A stretch of 64,000 nt of DNA from the human T2T-CHM13v2.0 reference genome, Homo sapiens. The position numbers and the translations under genes were made by a program. The stretch is from assembly GCF_009914755.1 (NCBI RefSeq), contig NC_060932.1. One strand, 5' to 3'. Below are positions 41,645-57,432 of the stretch, piece by piece (position 1 is the stretch's first letter; every line of letters starts with the position of its first letter). The notes under the pieces are model-generated. The model was not told where the DNA came from. It did no database searches and saw only the letters and a list, made by a program, of their open reading frames with translations.

Positions 41645-42873
41645 TCGAGCATGTGCCAGCTGCCCCCAACTGGACCAGGCAGTGTCAGGGATATCACAGT
41701 AAAAGCAGCACACAAAAGGCTAAAGGAGGCCTCGGGGATGATCATATCCAATTATCTCTCTATACCTTGAGAAACTGAGACCCAGAAGGGTAGGTGCCTG
41801 GCCCAAGGTCACACAGCAGGTTGGCACTGAGGAAAACCACGTGGCAGACTCTTCACTCAATGTCTCACCACAAGGCTGCATTGAAGCTCTTGGAGGAAGA
41901 TTTGATTTAATTATGTGGATAAATGACAGAAAAAAATAATATCAGCAGGAGGTTTTTACTGGGCATGTTTGTGTCAGGCTGCATGCTCAAGGCCTTTATA
42001 AGCTTATTTCATTTAATCCTCTCAGCAACCCTGTGAGCCAGGCATTAGTATATCCTTTGACTGATAAGCCAAGAGTCAAAGAGGGTAAATAATTCCCCTA
42101 GTGTGAAGCTGCTGGTTTCAGATGCAGAGGGAACATAAGCGCTTGCTCCACCAACTCTAAATGTGGAATGTCTAGATGTCAAAGGTGCTGTAGGAAAGAA
42201 AAGAGGCCACGAGGGGAGAGGGGCCAGGGCTAATGAGAAAAAGACATGGCCTGTCTCAGCAACCCTTACCTCCCTGTGATTTTTTACGCCAATCAGCTCG
42301 TATTGCTATGAAAGTCCAGTTTTGCAAATGTCTCTGCAAGGAAAGGCTTATTTTGAAGGGAACACCTGTTCTCTAATCCTTCCAGCTGATGCTACAATCT
42401 GTGCGGATTCCAATGTTATTTGTTAATGCGCTGGGCTTCTCAGGGATTTGGATACAAAGCTCCCAGGGGAGGTGGAGGGAGTGGATTTTATTCTTTGCTT
42501 GGCAGCACTTGTCTGGTGGGAAGGCACAGGGTGGGTGCACAGCACTGAATCTGCATAATTGGATGGGACTCAAATGGAAAATGCACAGGAAAAGAATCAA
42601 GTCCTGAAAATAACCCATTGAGCTAAACTCCATGAGCAAGTTCAAAGCTAAGCACTCACAAATAAACCATTTTATCTGAGTCTGGTCAAAGACAGGGATG
42701 TCTGCTTTGACACACATCCCCAAAAATAGCCAAGAAGAGAAATAAAAAGAAAATGCTATACTGTATCATGGGCCTAAGTCTATTTCTGTGATGTTTTTAT
42801 ACATATTAACTTCTGAAATCCTCCCTAGAAGGTAGATGTGATCCCATTTCACAGTTAAGAAAACTAAGTTTCC

Positions 42874-43866
42874 CAGTCCCACCAACAGTGTAAAAGTGTT
42901 CCTGTTTCTCCACATCCTCTCCAGCACCTGTTGTTTCCTGACTTTTTAATGAGTGCAATTCTAACTGGTGTGAGATGGTATTTCATTGTAGTTTTGATTT
43001 GCATTTCTCTGATGGCCAGTGATGATGAGCATTTTTTCATGTGTCTATTGGCTGCATAAATGTCTTCTTTTGAGAAGTGTCTGTTCATATCCTTCACCCA
43101 CTTGTTGATGGGGTTGTTTTTTTCTTGTAAATTTGTTTGAGTTCTTTGTAGATTCTGGATTTTAGCCCTTTGTCAGATGAGTAGATTGCAAAATTTTTCT
43201 CCCATTCTGTAGGTTGCCTGTTCACTCTGATGGTAGTTTCTTTTGCTGTGCAGAAACTCTTTAGTTTAACTAGTTCAACATTTGTGGAAGACAGTGTGGC
43301 AATTCCTCAAGGATCTAGAACTAGAAATACCATTTGACCCAGCCATCCCAGTACTGGGTATATACCCAAAGGATTATAAATCATGCTGCTATAAAGACAC
43401 ATGCACATGTATGTTCACTGCGGCACTACTCACAATAGCAAAGACTTGGAACCAACCCAAATGTCCATCAATGATAGACTGGATTAAGAAAATGTGGAAC
43501 ACATACACCATGGAATACTATGCAGCCATAAAAAAGGATGAGTTCCTGTCCTTTGTAGGGACATGGATGAAGCTGGAAACCATCATTCTTAGCAAACTAT
43601 TGCAAGGACAAAAAACCAAACACCGCATGTTCTCACTCATAGGTAGGAATTGAACAATGAGAACACTTGGACACAGGAAGGGGAACATCACACACCGGGG
43701 CCTGTCATGGGGTGGGGGAGGGGGGAGGGATAGCATTAGGAGATATACCTAGTGTAAATGACGAATTAATGGGTGTAGCACACCAACATGGCACATGTAT
43801 ACATATGTAACAAACCTGCACATTGTGCACATGTACCCTAGAACTTAAAGTATAAAAAGAAAAGAA
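42874..43866 (+). mobile_element. 5'-truncated, 5'-inverted L1PA (L1PA4/5-like)
   Basis: Minus-orientation segment 42874-~43269, then plus-orientation 3' end to the A-tail; 17-bp TSD aagaaaactaagtttcc; inserted into a MIR. Confidence 0.93.
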
Positions 43867-44629
43867 AAGAAAACTAAGTTTCCACAAGAGTGAATGAGTT
43901 CCCCCAAGCCACATAGCATTTATCATAGGAGGCATTTGTAACCAGAGTCTGCTTTCTACCGCATTGTAACAGTCTCCGAGATAGAAATTTGGCTGGGCCA
44001 TGCTCAGATATGTCATTTGTAACAGAGTCTGGTGGACTGAAATGGTCTATCATGTGTGCCATTCCATCCCACTTCATACCAGGTCTAACGTTCTGAGCTG
44101 GGCACACACACGTCAGCAGAGATGCCCCTCACTCCACAGCTGCCTCCCATTTGGTTACTGGCTCCTGCCGTGTGAAGCAATGAATGGTCTGTGTGGCCTC
44201 AGTGTCTTGCTTCTCAGCTTCCTACATGAATATGATTCACACATTTGTATCATTCATTCCCCACACTTTTATTGAGCACTGAGTATGGCAGGCATGGTGC
44301 TGGCCCTAGGGATGGGGAGCTGAATGAGTTGGTTTCTATTCCCAGCCACTCAGAGCCCAGTGGAGGAAGGACAGAAATGCCTAGAGAATTGAAGAGAAAG
44401 TATTTCTTTTTAAGAAATCAGAGAGTACTTTCATATTAGTGGTGGCACCTGACAAAGTCTTGGAGGGTGTACAGGGAGTTGCACATCAGAGTCCCTCAGG
44501 ACAGAAACCTTCTCATAATCATCTTCACAACCTCCTGTGGCAGCCTCAGCAAAGGCCCTTGGCTTGGGAGATGAGTGTTGAAAGTGTTTTGAATTGATCT
44601 GTGACCACTGACATTCCCTAACGCCCCAG

Positions 44630-44880
44630 GCCACATTCCCTGGAAAACAGAGTTTGAGTGGAAGATTTTCAGGCAGTAGATTCTGACGTTCTGAGGGCCA
44701 GCACTGGCTCTGAGACTCTTCAGTCTCTACAATGGGGTCTACTGAAACTCTGGGTGCCAGCCCACGTGGGGGCTGAAGGAAGGAAGACTGGACATAGGGA
44801 GAAGCTGAACTGTGATGTAGTCACAGCAAAGGCTTCGGCCGACCACGGGGAGCTTTGCCTCAGTGATGGTCCTGTAGCAA
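44630..44880. mobile_element. LTR16-like ERVL LTR relic
   Basis: 'gggagaagctgaactgtgatgtagtcacagcaaaggcttcggccgaccacggggagc'. Confidence 0.5.
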
Positions 44881-45444
44881 AGGACCCACAGCAGGGACAG
44901 TCCAATGACATGCTACAGGGCTCACTGCTTTCCACTCGCTTTCTTACTCATTCACTTCCTATCTGCTGGGCCCTGCGTCAGTGCTAAGGACGTCAGGTTC
45001 TGAGAAGCTCAGTGGTTGACTGAAGTTCTGCATCTACAAGTCACCGGAGTCTACCCTGGAACTGGTCTTATTTGGCTCTAAAATCTGCTCCTTCCATGGC
45101 ACAGAACCCCATTCTGGCTTCAGGTCCCCTCAGCAGGTTCTTGACAACTCTTTTCTTTGCTTCTCAGGACCATAAAATCATGTGACACAGCAGCTTGGAC
45201 AAGATGAAGACATGAGTTGGGCAGCTTTTGCCACCAGACCTCCTGGCTGGGTCTCAGAGCTAGCAAAGATAACATCACAGGAGAGCCAGCTGAGTGCATT
45301 ACCTAATATTCTGAACAGTCTGTGCACAGAGCCTGACTGTATAGGAGGATAGAACACCTCTTTTGCGGGGCTGACTGGGCATGGACAGTTTATCACACTT
45401 ATAATGTGGGCTACTCAGAAATTAGTAGTGATAGTTACTATTAA

Positions 45445-45872
45445 TGTGACAGTTACTTTTACGTGTCATCTTACTTGGGCCACAAGGTGCCCAGACGTTT
45501 GGTTGAACATTATTCTAGGTAAGCCTGTGAGGGTATGTCTGGATGAACTGGTCAATTGAATAAAGCAGATAGCCCTCTCCAACATGAATAGGCCTTATCC
45601 AATCCATTGAGGGCCTGAATAGGACAAAAAGACTGAGTGAGAGAAAACTGTCTCTCTTATTTATTGTCTTTGATCTGGGACATCAGTTTTCTCCTGCCTT
45701 TGGACTTAGACTTGCAAGGGGCCTTATAACACTAGCTTTCCTGGTTCTGAGGCCTTTAGCCTTGGACTGGAATGATACCACCTGCACTCTTGGGTCTCCA
45801 GCTTGCTGACTGAAGATTTGGGGGCTTCTCAGCCTTCAAAATCATGTGAGTCAATTACTTATGATAAATCTC

Positions 45873-45928
<56 letters not shown>

Positions 45929-45976
45929 CTATTGGCTGTATTGGTCCTGTTTCTCTGGAGAACCCTGAATAATACA
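45445..45976 (+). mobile_element. MLT2-type (ERVL) solo LTR containing a (TG)n microsatellite at ~45876-45926
   Basis: 'tgtgacagttacttttacgtgtca...atccaatccattgagggcctgaatag...ctgtttctctggagaaccctgaataataca'. Confidence 0.85.
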
Positions 45977-46536
45977 GGCTGTTTATTTATGAGTAGGCCA
46001 CTAATAAAAACATAGCATATACTGGCTTGGGAGAAATATGAGCAGAATCATACCCTGTGTGGTTAAAGCCCTGCACATCACAGAAGAGCAGGGGATGTTT
46101 CCTAGGATAAAAGAACAAGGGGAAGGACAGGATATGCATATTTAGTTAGCAGCTAGTGAGTATTGGATACCGGGCTAGGAACTTTACATTTATTACAACA
46201 TTTGGGTACATATAACACTCCATGAGATTATTAGCTATTGGGGAGCCCACTCTACAGGTGGGAAAACTGATGTTCAGAGAGTGCACAAATGAAAGCGGGA
46301 GCCAGGTTTTGAAACCAGACATGGCCTTCAACGTTATCACATAGTCTGAGTGGCCCCCTCACAGCACAGCCTCCTGACCTACAGAGAACCATATTCTTCC
46401 AAGAGACCACATATAACAAGTATCATATGAAGACCATATTCCCTGTATCTATCCCAGGGCTTGGCCTTAGAAATATGTCTGATAGAGCTTGTAGTGATAA
46501 AAACAAGGGGTGGGAAGATGGTGAAAGGAAGGGTCA

Positions 46537-46833
<297 letters not shown>

Positions 46834-49013
46834 TTAACTCAGCCCCTTTGAGGAGTGTTCCTGTGAAGCATTTGGGATAAGTCATTTAGGAGTAGTTCAC
46901 CCCCTAGGGAGTGTTTGCATGTGACATTTGTGGATATTTTGATGATAAAGAGGGTACAACTGGCACGTAAGCTTGAAAGTCAATGATGATACACATCCTA
47001 CAATGTGTGCATGTAAATGCCCACCCTAAATGCCAACAACATACCTGTAAGAAACACTGAAGCAGAGCTCCAAGCTTATATCACTAGAGGGGAAGGTGGC
47101 ATGGGCTCCGAAAATTTCAGGGGCAACTCTGACCAGACAAGGTCTGAGTCCTGTCCCTGCTCCTTCCACCAACTCCTCCCTCCCTGGACCTCTTTTCTTC
47201 TGTGGAAAAGCATAAAACATCTTCCTCCATGATCCGCATGAGAGTCTAATACGATGTCAAAGACTGTCATAAGCCAGAAAGCACTCGCTGTGTCAACGCT
47301 AATTGGGAAGACCATAACCTGCTCAGCTCACAAATGTGCAGTTCCTGCCCAGCTCTGCAATCCAAAGATTAATGGACATATTGTGATGGCAATGATCAAT
47401 TTCAGGATCAAAGGAGATTAGGAAAAGATGTGTGATTATTCAAATTTATCATATTTGAGTTTATGATCATCTTCCTCTATCTTTACCTGTTTGATTTTCA
47501 TCAATTGATATACCAGTAATGTTCACTTATACTCATATTCTTTTTTAGATCTCTTCTGTTTCATTTCTTTTCTAATGGATGTTTTGTCATATTGTGGATA
47601 CTATATTCTAGGCATGTTTTAGTCCCTCAGTAAAATTTAAAGTCTCTGATGGCAAAGAGGGTCTTGACAATAAATAGCCCCAGGTGACATCATCTTCATC
47701 ATCTTCACTATGGGTGCTCAAGAAACATTTGTGGAAGGGCTTAATCCAAGAGATCCAGGTTCCTGCTTAAAATATTGACAGGAAAATAAATTTAGCATTA
47801 TATTTATGTTTAATTCATTTATTCAAATATTTATTAGGCCCATACCATATGCCAGGCAGTGGGTTAGGTGCTACGATGATAAGATGATTGAGGCACAGCC
47901 TTCACCTTAAAGACATTTGTCTAAAGAGCAAAGGAAACCAATAGATGTAATACAATGCAGGAAAACTCAGGCCAGTGTGTGCAGGAGAGCAATTTATGAT
48001 GCAAACGAGGTGAAAAGAATGTGTCCAGAGATGATCCTCAGAGTATGGTCAAGCAGTGAGGGGGCAATAAATCCAGCCTCTCAGGGTTCAACTCCCTAAA
48101 GGCTGTGTGACCTGAGGCAAGTTTTTAATCTCCCTAACTCTGCTTCTCCCTGTCAGAAGGTTTGATACCAGCACCCTAGCCATTTGGTGGTTGTTGGGGT
48201 CCCATGGGATAAGCCAGAGGCAGCTTCCAGTACAGTGTCTGGCAAGCAGCAAGGCTTCCATCAATGCTAGGAGCTATCTGTTGCTAATACCACACATATA
48301 ATAAAATAGAATCATTGTTCTGATTTGTTTTCAATTGCAAGTTGAAGCAACTCTCTAATTTAGCTATAAGATGGATAGAAGGAACATTCCAGAAGAAAAG
48401 TATAAAGTGTCTATGTGAATACTCCTGGCACATTCACTGGACAGACTGCAAATTAATAACTAAAATAACTTGTTATTTACTTAAGGGTGGTCTTAATTAG
48501 CTTTTCTGGTGGATCTGAATCCCTCAAGTGAAATCCAATCATATCCATTTGGGGGTTAAAAATTGGATTCTTTGCTTCAGCTTGTTTTAGTGAAGGCTAA
48601 GGGGTTTTGGAGGTTAAATGTTAATTTCACACCTATTTCATGATAATTGTGTTTAACTGATGCTGTGAAAAACTGCTTTTCTGGAAAAGCTAGTGCTTGC
48701 CCTATTTGACAGGTATTTCCCACAAACTTAAAGGGTTCCCTTTGTTTCCAGCTGCTGTGATCCAACTGATAGAAGTTCTTTCTGCAAAATCCAGAGGACA
48801 GAAGACAATTCTATTTTTACCCCCAACCCTGAAGAAGTCTAGCCCTTACTGTGAATTTCTGTCTGTGTTTCACTCCAGCAAGGTTGCTGCAGACAAACTT
48901 GCAAAAGACTCTTTCTGTCGGAAGGTTAAACATTTTACTAAGATTTCTAAGATTCCCAAATTCTCAATAGAATAGTATCAGGGACCCCATTATAAAATGG
49001 GAGTGAAGCCTGC

Positions 49014-51347
49014 TAATATGGTTTCACTGTGTCCCCACCCAAATCTCATCTTGAATTGTAGTTTTTGTAATACCCACATGTTGTGGGAGGGATCCAGTGA
49101 GAGGTAATTGAATCATGGGGGTGGTTACCTCCATGCTGTTCTCCTGCTAGTGAGTGAGTTCTCATGAGATCTGATGGTTTTATAAGGGGCTTTCCCCCAT
49201 TTGCTCAGCACTTCTCCTTGCTGCCGCCATGTGAAGAAGGACATGTTTGCCTCCCCTTCCACCATGATTGTAAGTTTCCTGAGGCCACCTCTGCCCCGCA
49301 GAACTGTGAATCAATTAAACCTCTTTTCTTTATTAATTACCCAATCTTGGGTATTTCTTCACAGCAGCATAAGAATGGACTAATACAGTAAATTGGTAAC
49401 ACAGAGAGTGGGGTGTTGCTATAAGGACACCCAAAAATGTGGGAGTGACTTTAGAACTGAGTAACAGGCAGAGGTTGGAACAGTTTGAAGGGCTCAGAGG
49501 AAGATAGGAAAATGTGAGAAAGTTTGGAATTTCCTAGAAACTTGGAGGGCTCAGAAGACAGGAAGATGTGGTAAAGTTTGGAACTTTCTAGAGACGTGTT
49601 GAATGGTTTTAACCAAATTGCTGATAGTGATATGGGCAATGAAGTCCAAGCTGAGGTGTCTCAGATGGAGATGAGGAACTTCTTGGGAACTGGAACAAAG
49701 ATGATTCTTGCTATGCTTTAGCAAAGACAACATTTTGCCCCTTCCCTAGAGATCTGTGGAATTTTGAACTTGAGAGAGATGATTTAGGGTATCTGGTGGA
49801 AGAAGTTTCTAAGCAGCAAAGCTTTCAAGAGGGAGCAGAGCACAAAAGTTTGGAAAATTTTCAGCCTGATGATGCAATAAAAAAGAAAAATCCATTTTCT
49901 GGAAAGAAACTCAAGCCTGCTGCAGAAATTTGCATAAGTAATGAGGGACCCAATGTTAATCACCAAGGAAATGGGGAAAATGTCTCTAGGGCATGTCAGA
50001 GACCTTCATGGAAGCCCCTCCCATCACAGGCCCAGAGGCCCAGGAAGAAAGAATGGTTTTGAGGGCCTGGGACCAGGGCCCCCTTGCTGTGCACAGCCTA
50101 GGGACTTGGTGCCCTGTGTTCCAGCTGCTCCAGTTGTGGCTAAAAGGGGCCAAGGTATAGCTCAGCCCACGGCTTCAGAGGGTGCGAGCCTCAAGCCTTG
50201 GAAGCCTCTACTTGATGTTGAGCCTGCAGGTGCACAGAAGTCAAGAATTGAGGTTTGGGAATCCACCTAGATTTCAGAGGCTATATGGAAACTCCTGGAT
50301 GTCCAGGCAGAAGTTTGCTGCAGGAGCAGACCCCTCATGGAGAATCTCTGCTAGGGCAGTGCAGAAGGGAAATATAGGGTCAGAACCCCCACACAGAGTC
50401 CCCACTGGGACACTGCCTAATGGAGCTATGAGAAGAGGGCCACCATCCCCCAGACTCCAGAATGGTAGATCCACCAATAGCTTGCACCATGCACCTGGAA
50501 AAGCCACACTCAACATCAGCCCATGAAAGCAGCCAGTAGAGGGGACTGTACCCTGCAAAGTCAAGGGGCACAGCTACCCAAGGCCATGGGAGCCCATCTC
50601 TTGCATCAGCACGGCCTGGATGTGAGACATGGAGTCAAAGGGGATTATTTCAGAGCTTTAAGATTTAATTACTGCCTTATTAGATTTTGGACTTGCATGG
50701 GGCCTGTAGCCCCTTTGTTTTGGCCAACTTCTCCCACTTGGAACAGCTGTATTTACCCAATGCCTGTACCCCCAATGTATCTAGGAAATAACCAACTTGC
50801 TTTTGATTTTGCAGGCTCATAGGCAGAAGGGACTTGCCTTGTCTCAGATGAGACTTCGGACTTGGACTTTTGGGTTAATGCTGGAATGAATTAAGACTTT
50901 GAGGGACTGTTAGAAAGGCATGATTGTGTTTTGAAACGCAAGGGCATGAGATTTGGGAAGGATTAGGGTGGAATGATATGGTTTGGCTATGTCTCTACCC
51001 AAAGCTCATCTTGAATTGTAGTTTCCATAATCCTCACATGTGGTGGGAGGGATCTGGTGGGAGGTAACTGAATCATGAGGGCAGTTACCTCCATGCTGTT
51101 CTTGTGATAGTGAGTGAGTGCTCACAAGATCTGATGGTTTTATAAGGGCCTTTTATCCTTTTGCTCAGCACTTCTCTTTGATGCTGGCATGTGAAGAAGG
51201 ATGTGTTTACTTCCACTTCCACCATGACTGTATGTTTCCTGAGGCCTCCCCAGCCCTGTGGAACTGTGAGTCAGTTAAACCTCTTTCCTTTATACATTAC
51301 CCACTGTCAGTTCTTTCTTCATAGCAGAGTGAGAACAGACTAATACA
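49014..51347 (+). mobile_element. Full-length THE1 (THE1C-like) MaLR provirus: 5' LTR 49014-49387, internal 49388-50973, 3' LTR 50974-51347
   Basis: Two direct-repeat LTRs around THE1-int ('gtaaattggta...agagtgggg' start, purine-rich tract before the 3' LTR); TSD cctgc/cttgc; antisense to FAM135B. Confidence 0.93.
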
Positions 51348-52224
51348 CTTGCTCTCTGCCCTTTCGGTTGGCATAAACACTTTGCATCACCAAACCGGCC
51401 TCCAATCTGATGTAACTTCCAGTCTAACCAACTCAAAGCTGCTGGAGTCTTTACAAAACATAGATCTTACCAGGTAACTCTACTGCTCAAAACCTTCAGT
51501 GCCTCCTTTTTATACAATAAACAAATTCTCAATTCCTTAATGTGCCATTAATTACTGTATTAAACTATAACTCCAATTTACCATCCCAAATTCACTTTTC
51601 ACTGTCACAGTCTCTTATCCTCTGGATGTAGCACAAAGGATGTTTCTTCTAGAAAGATTTCTCTCATGTCCCTGAAGTAGAATTGCTTCTTTCCCATGCT
51701 AACAATTACATAGCATTCACTAAATGCTTATTATGTGCTAGACATGAGGCCTAGGTGAGGGCTTGGAATATGGGAGGTGCTAAATAAAAATCGACTGAAT
51801 GAATGGCCAAGGCTTTTACATGTGCTGTCTCATTTAATCATTCTAAAAGCTTTCTGGTATGTACCGAAACTGAAACTCACATGCTCAAGCTAACAGAGTT
51901 AACAAGCAGGGGGCTCAGATTTGCAACATGGGTTTGTCTAATCCTAAAAACCATCCCTTTAATTCCTACCCTACACTGGGTTCCCACATCCCTTGCTTAA
52001 CAGGTATTGCTCAGAATTACAGTTTGGTCTATATGTGTTTCTGCCACACTCTGAGACTTTAATGATGCCAGACTTGATTTATCTCAGAGCTTCCAGACAT
52101 GGCCTCTCTAGAAGTGGCTAAAGCTTAGTGACAACCACCTTGAAGCAAGCATGTTTTCACCACATGCAGCACTATATACTTCATCCCATTGCACCTCCTC
52201 ATCATCCCTGTCGGGTTAGTATCA

Positions 52225-52572
<348 letters not shown>

Positions 52573-53767
52573 AAGTTCCTTTGACTCATTCATTGACTTA
52601 TATGTTGAAACAGATGCTAGAAAAGTTAGGTGACTTATCCAAGGATCCCCAAAAAGTAAGTGGTAGGGCTAGATGATAAGATGGTCTTGACTCCAGCCGA
52701 TGAAAGAACAATTTGATCCTAGGGCCCCAGAATCCACTGCAGGAAGCTCTGCCTTTCCTACCCCAGGCTGTCTGTCACCTTCTCTTGCCTCATCTTCAGC
52801 AGAGACAGCCTGCTAATCCCAGGACCTGACCTTACTAGCCTCACCTCGCAGAGGGCAGACAGATCATGCCCTTAACTCTGTGTTGAGGATGTGATTTGCC
52901 AAGCCTTGGAGTGCATTAGCAGCTAGGGAATATCCTGTGGGAATATTCTTCACAGGATGATAGTACTCTCTGTTGCTTTCTGGATTCTATGTCTCCTGTC
53001 ACTTCCCAAGGTCAGGTCTGCTGTCCTTTGTTTCTATAACTGTGAATCTTGTAACATTTTCTACCAAACTCTACCACAACGGCATTTACCATATTATAAT
53101 TTCATATATGCGAATGGGCCCACTTCACTGGACTGTGAACTCACTGAGGGAAAGATGTATTCCACAGTATTTTTATATTCCATAGTAGAATGTACTGCAT
53201 ATTCACTTACACTTTCCCTAGAGCACAGCAGGCCCCCAGTAAATACCCATTGAATGAAAGAATAATGGAGCCAGGAAAGGAACCCAGCAGATGGGCGTGG
53301 TCACTGGATCACACCTTCAGGGGCAGCAGCTCCTGGTCACGTGGCATGGGTCAGATTGGGTAACTAATTTCCTACTCTCTGACCCCAGCAGAGAACAGGG
53401 GCTTCAGGACAAGAACAGCAAACGTAGTGAAAATTCTAGTCTCCTGTACATGCACCTAAACTGTCAGCACTGAGAAGCCATTCAGAAAAGGGAAATCAGG
53501 AAAGATCCCTTTTGGAAACACCATGCTGCAACATTCTACGCATAAACATTGCACACATGGAACTTTTGCCCATGTGCATGTGTAATGTTTTGAAATTATT
53601 TCATGCACCTATCTGGCCATGCTGGGAGTAGATATGAAGACAGGTGAGCATGGTACAATATGCTAGATGCTGTCAGTTCTGTCCCTCTACTTGGGGCATT
53701 CATAGAACCTCAGTGCTTCACATGATCTGGAACATGTTCTGGGAAAATTCACTGAAGGGAAGAATCA

Positions 53768-54143
<376 letters not shown>

Positions 54144-54528
54144 CTAAGCCCCTAACATGTGCCTGGTACCATCTTCATTTGAGATTCACTAAAATCTTAC
54201 GTAGATGGGACACACATTAGTGTTCCTGTCATAGAGGATTATGTGGCTCAGGAACATTAGATGACTTCTCAAAGAAGGCACAGTTAGAAAAATGTGAAGC
54301 CAGACTCCAAGTCTTCCTGGTGTAAGCCATAGTTTGCAGGTTTTCGACTTCCGGGTTCCACACCAGTCTCCCTTTGGGACCTCCTCCTTCCTCTCTCGCA
54401 TGCTCCTCAGTGAGGCCCAAAGCTTAAACCTGCAGCCTTAGAGAAACTCCCTTGCGTGTGCTGATCTCTCCTGGAAAACTCCCTGCCCCTCTACCACACC
54501 TGCAATGGAAGGTGGCTCCCACATATCA

Positions 54529-54795
<267 letters not shown>

Positions 54796-56139
54796 TTAAG
54801 CCTCTCCATGGGCCAAGCACCATGCATACATCATCTCGTTCAATCCTGCAAATGCTCTGCCTGGTAGAAATCATTTTTCCCACCATTGGCAGATGAGAAA
54901 ACCATGGCTCACAGGTATCACTAGATATCACACAGCTGCTACACAACAGATCTGGTGACATGCTCCACTGTCACGGACATCAAGTTCATGTGTCAGTGAT
55001 GGATAAGAAGCCCAGACTAGCTTTTAAAGACTCTTCAACATTGAAGCCTCCTACTTTTTCCACTTCTTTATCTCCCCCACAGATGCCCAGATGTCCAGTG
55101 CTCTCCTCATAACGCTGCACTGACTGTGTGAGCCTGTGTTTTCTAACAGATTCCTACCTCTTAAGGGACTATGACTAATGCGTCTTTATAGTCCCAATAC
55201 CTAGCCTAGTATCTGGCAGGTATTGAGAATATAAATACGAATTAAAATGAACAACTGACTGACTGAACGAACAAAAGAATGAATGACTCCCAAAGCACAA
55301 TGCTTAGATAGTCTGACTAGTTTCATCAAGGATTCCCCAATGTCTGCTCCAATATTTTGTAATTGACATGTATCTGAGTCTAAGAGATTAAACCAACTGG
55401 CACACGACCCAACAGCATCTTTGGTGATTAAAAGAAGATTGGTTGTTGCCTAAATAAAACCTGGGGCCACGTTCGCCCCCAGGAGGACCCAGTGCTAATC
55501 TCAAATCCTGAGAACCAGTCATTTGGGCTGGGCAAATTTCTCTGAAGCAGACCACAAGGGAAACCTGGGAGGAGCATCTTTCATGAGAAGAGCAGAGAGG
55601 AAATGCTTGTCCTCCATCCATAGATAAGGAAATGAAGCACAGAAAGGGCGAGATGAAGGGAGCAGTCTCTTAAGACCCAACACCATAGGCTTTGCTTCCT
55701 TGAAACCCTTGTTCCTTGTGCGCAAACAAAGGCCAAGTGAAATAGCCAGCTAAATTTTTAGAGCTCAGGGTGACTCCATAGATTGAATATGAATAATGGT
55801 CCCCTGGTACCAGAAAGAAACCTGTCGGGGAGAGGGTGAAGGGTCTAGGCCATGAATCTCAGCAAGGTGTTAACATTTACATTCTTTTTAATTCAGGCTA
55901 CAATTTGTTGAGAGCTTATTATGAACTGAACATGGTACTTTCCCCTTTACTCTGTATGGCAATCACAGGAGGTATTTATTGGCATTATTCTGTTTGTAGA
56001 AAAGGAAGTAAAGCCAACAAGAGTTAATCAAAGCCACAAGGCAAAAATGTAATCTTGGACCAGGTCTTCCTGATTCACAGTTGTTTCTGAGTTACTGCTC
56101 ACTATTGCTTTGAATCCAGTCAGACACAGGTTCCCAAGA

Positions 56140-57010
<871 letters not shown>

Positions 57011-57066
57011 CAGGTTCTGATGGGTCTTTGCAGAGTAACAAGTACAAATATGAGGTTAGGATAAAG

Positions 57067-57432
57067 CAGGGTTTCCTCACCTCATAACATTGACTTTGGG
57101 GACTGAATCATGCTTTCTTGTGGTGGGAGGGGGCACTGCTGATTCGTGCACTCTACGATGTGAAGCAGCATCTCTGGCCTTTACTCACTAGATGGCAATA
57201 TCTAAGTGTGACAATCCTGTCTGCTTCACACCATCCCTGGGACTTGTTCTAAGGCCCTAGAAGAGGTTGGCCTTCTTTCTGATCTATAAAGTCAGAAGTG
57301 AAGCCCCACCCTTATTGTTGCTCACATCTCCCCTCAAGCATCCTCCCGAGCTGTGACAACCAAACATGTCTCTGGGCATGGCCACATGTCTCCAGGGGTC
57401 AGAATCCTCCTGCCTGCATTGAGAGCCGCCAG
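57067..57432. mobile_element. MER20 hAT-Charlie relic with a ~130-bp internal insert
   Basis: 'cagggtttcctcacctc...agcagcatctctggcctttactcactagatg' then 'tgtgacaaccaaacatgtctctgggcatggccacatgtctccagggg'. Confidence 0.7.

Noticed and set aside
42864-43653. ORFs resembling the L1 ORF2 C-terminus
   Set aside because: They are fragments of a truncated, inverted L1PA and cannot encode functional ORF2p.
49480-49600. ~52-bp tandem duplication in the THE1 internal region
   Set aside because: I recall this duplication in other THE1C-int copies, so it is probably inherited from the subfamily rather than locus-specific.
57120-57145. Possible CTCF site in MER20 (gggagggggcactg)
   Set aside because: It lacks the 5' CC of the core motif and is too weak to call without ChIP data.
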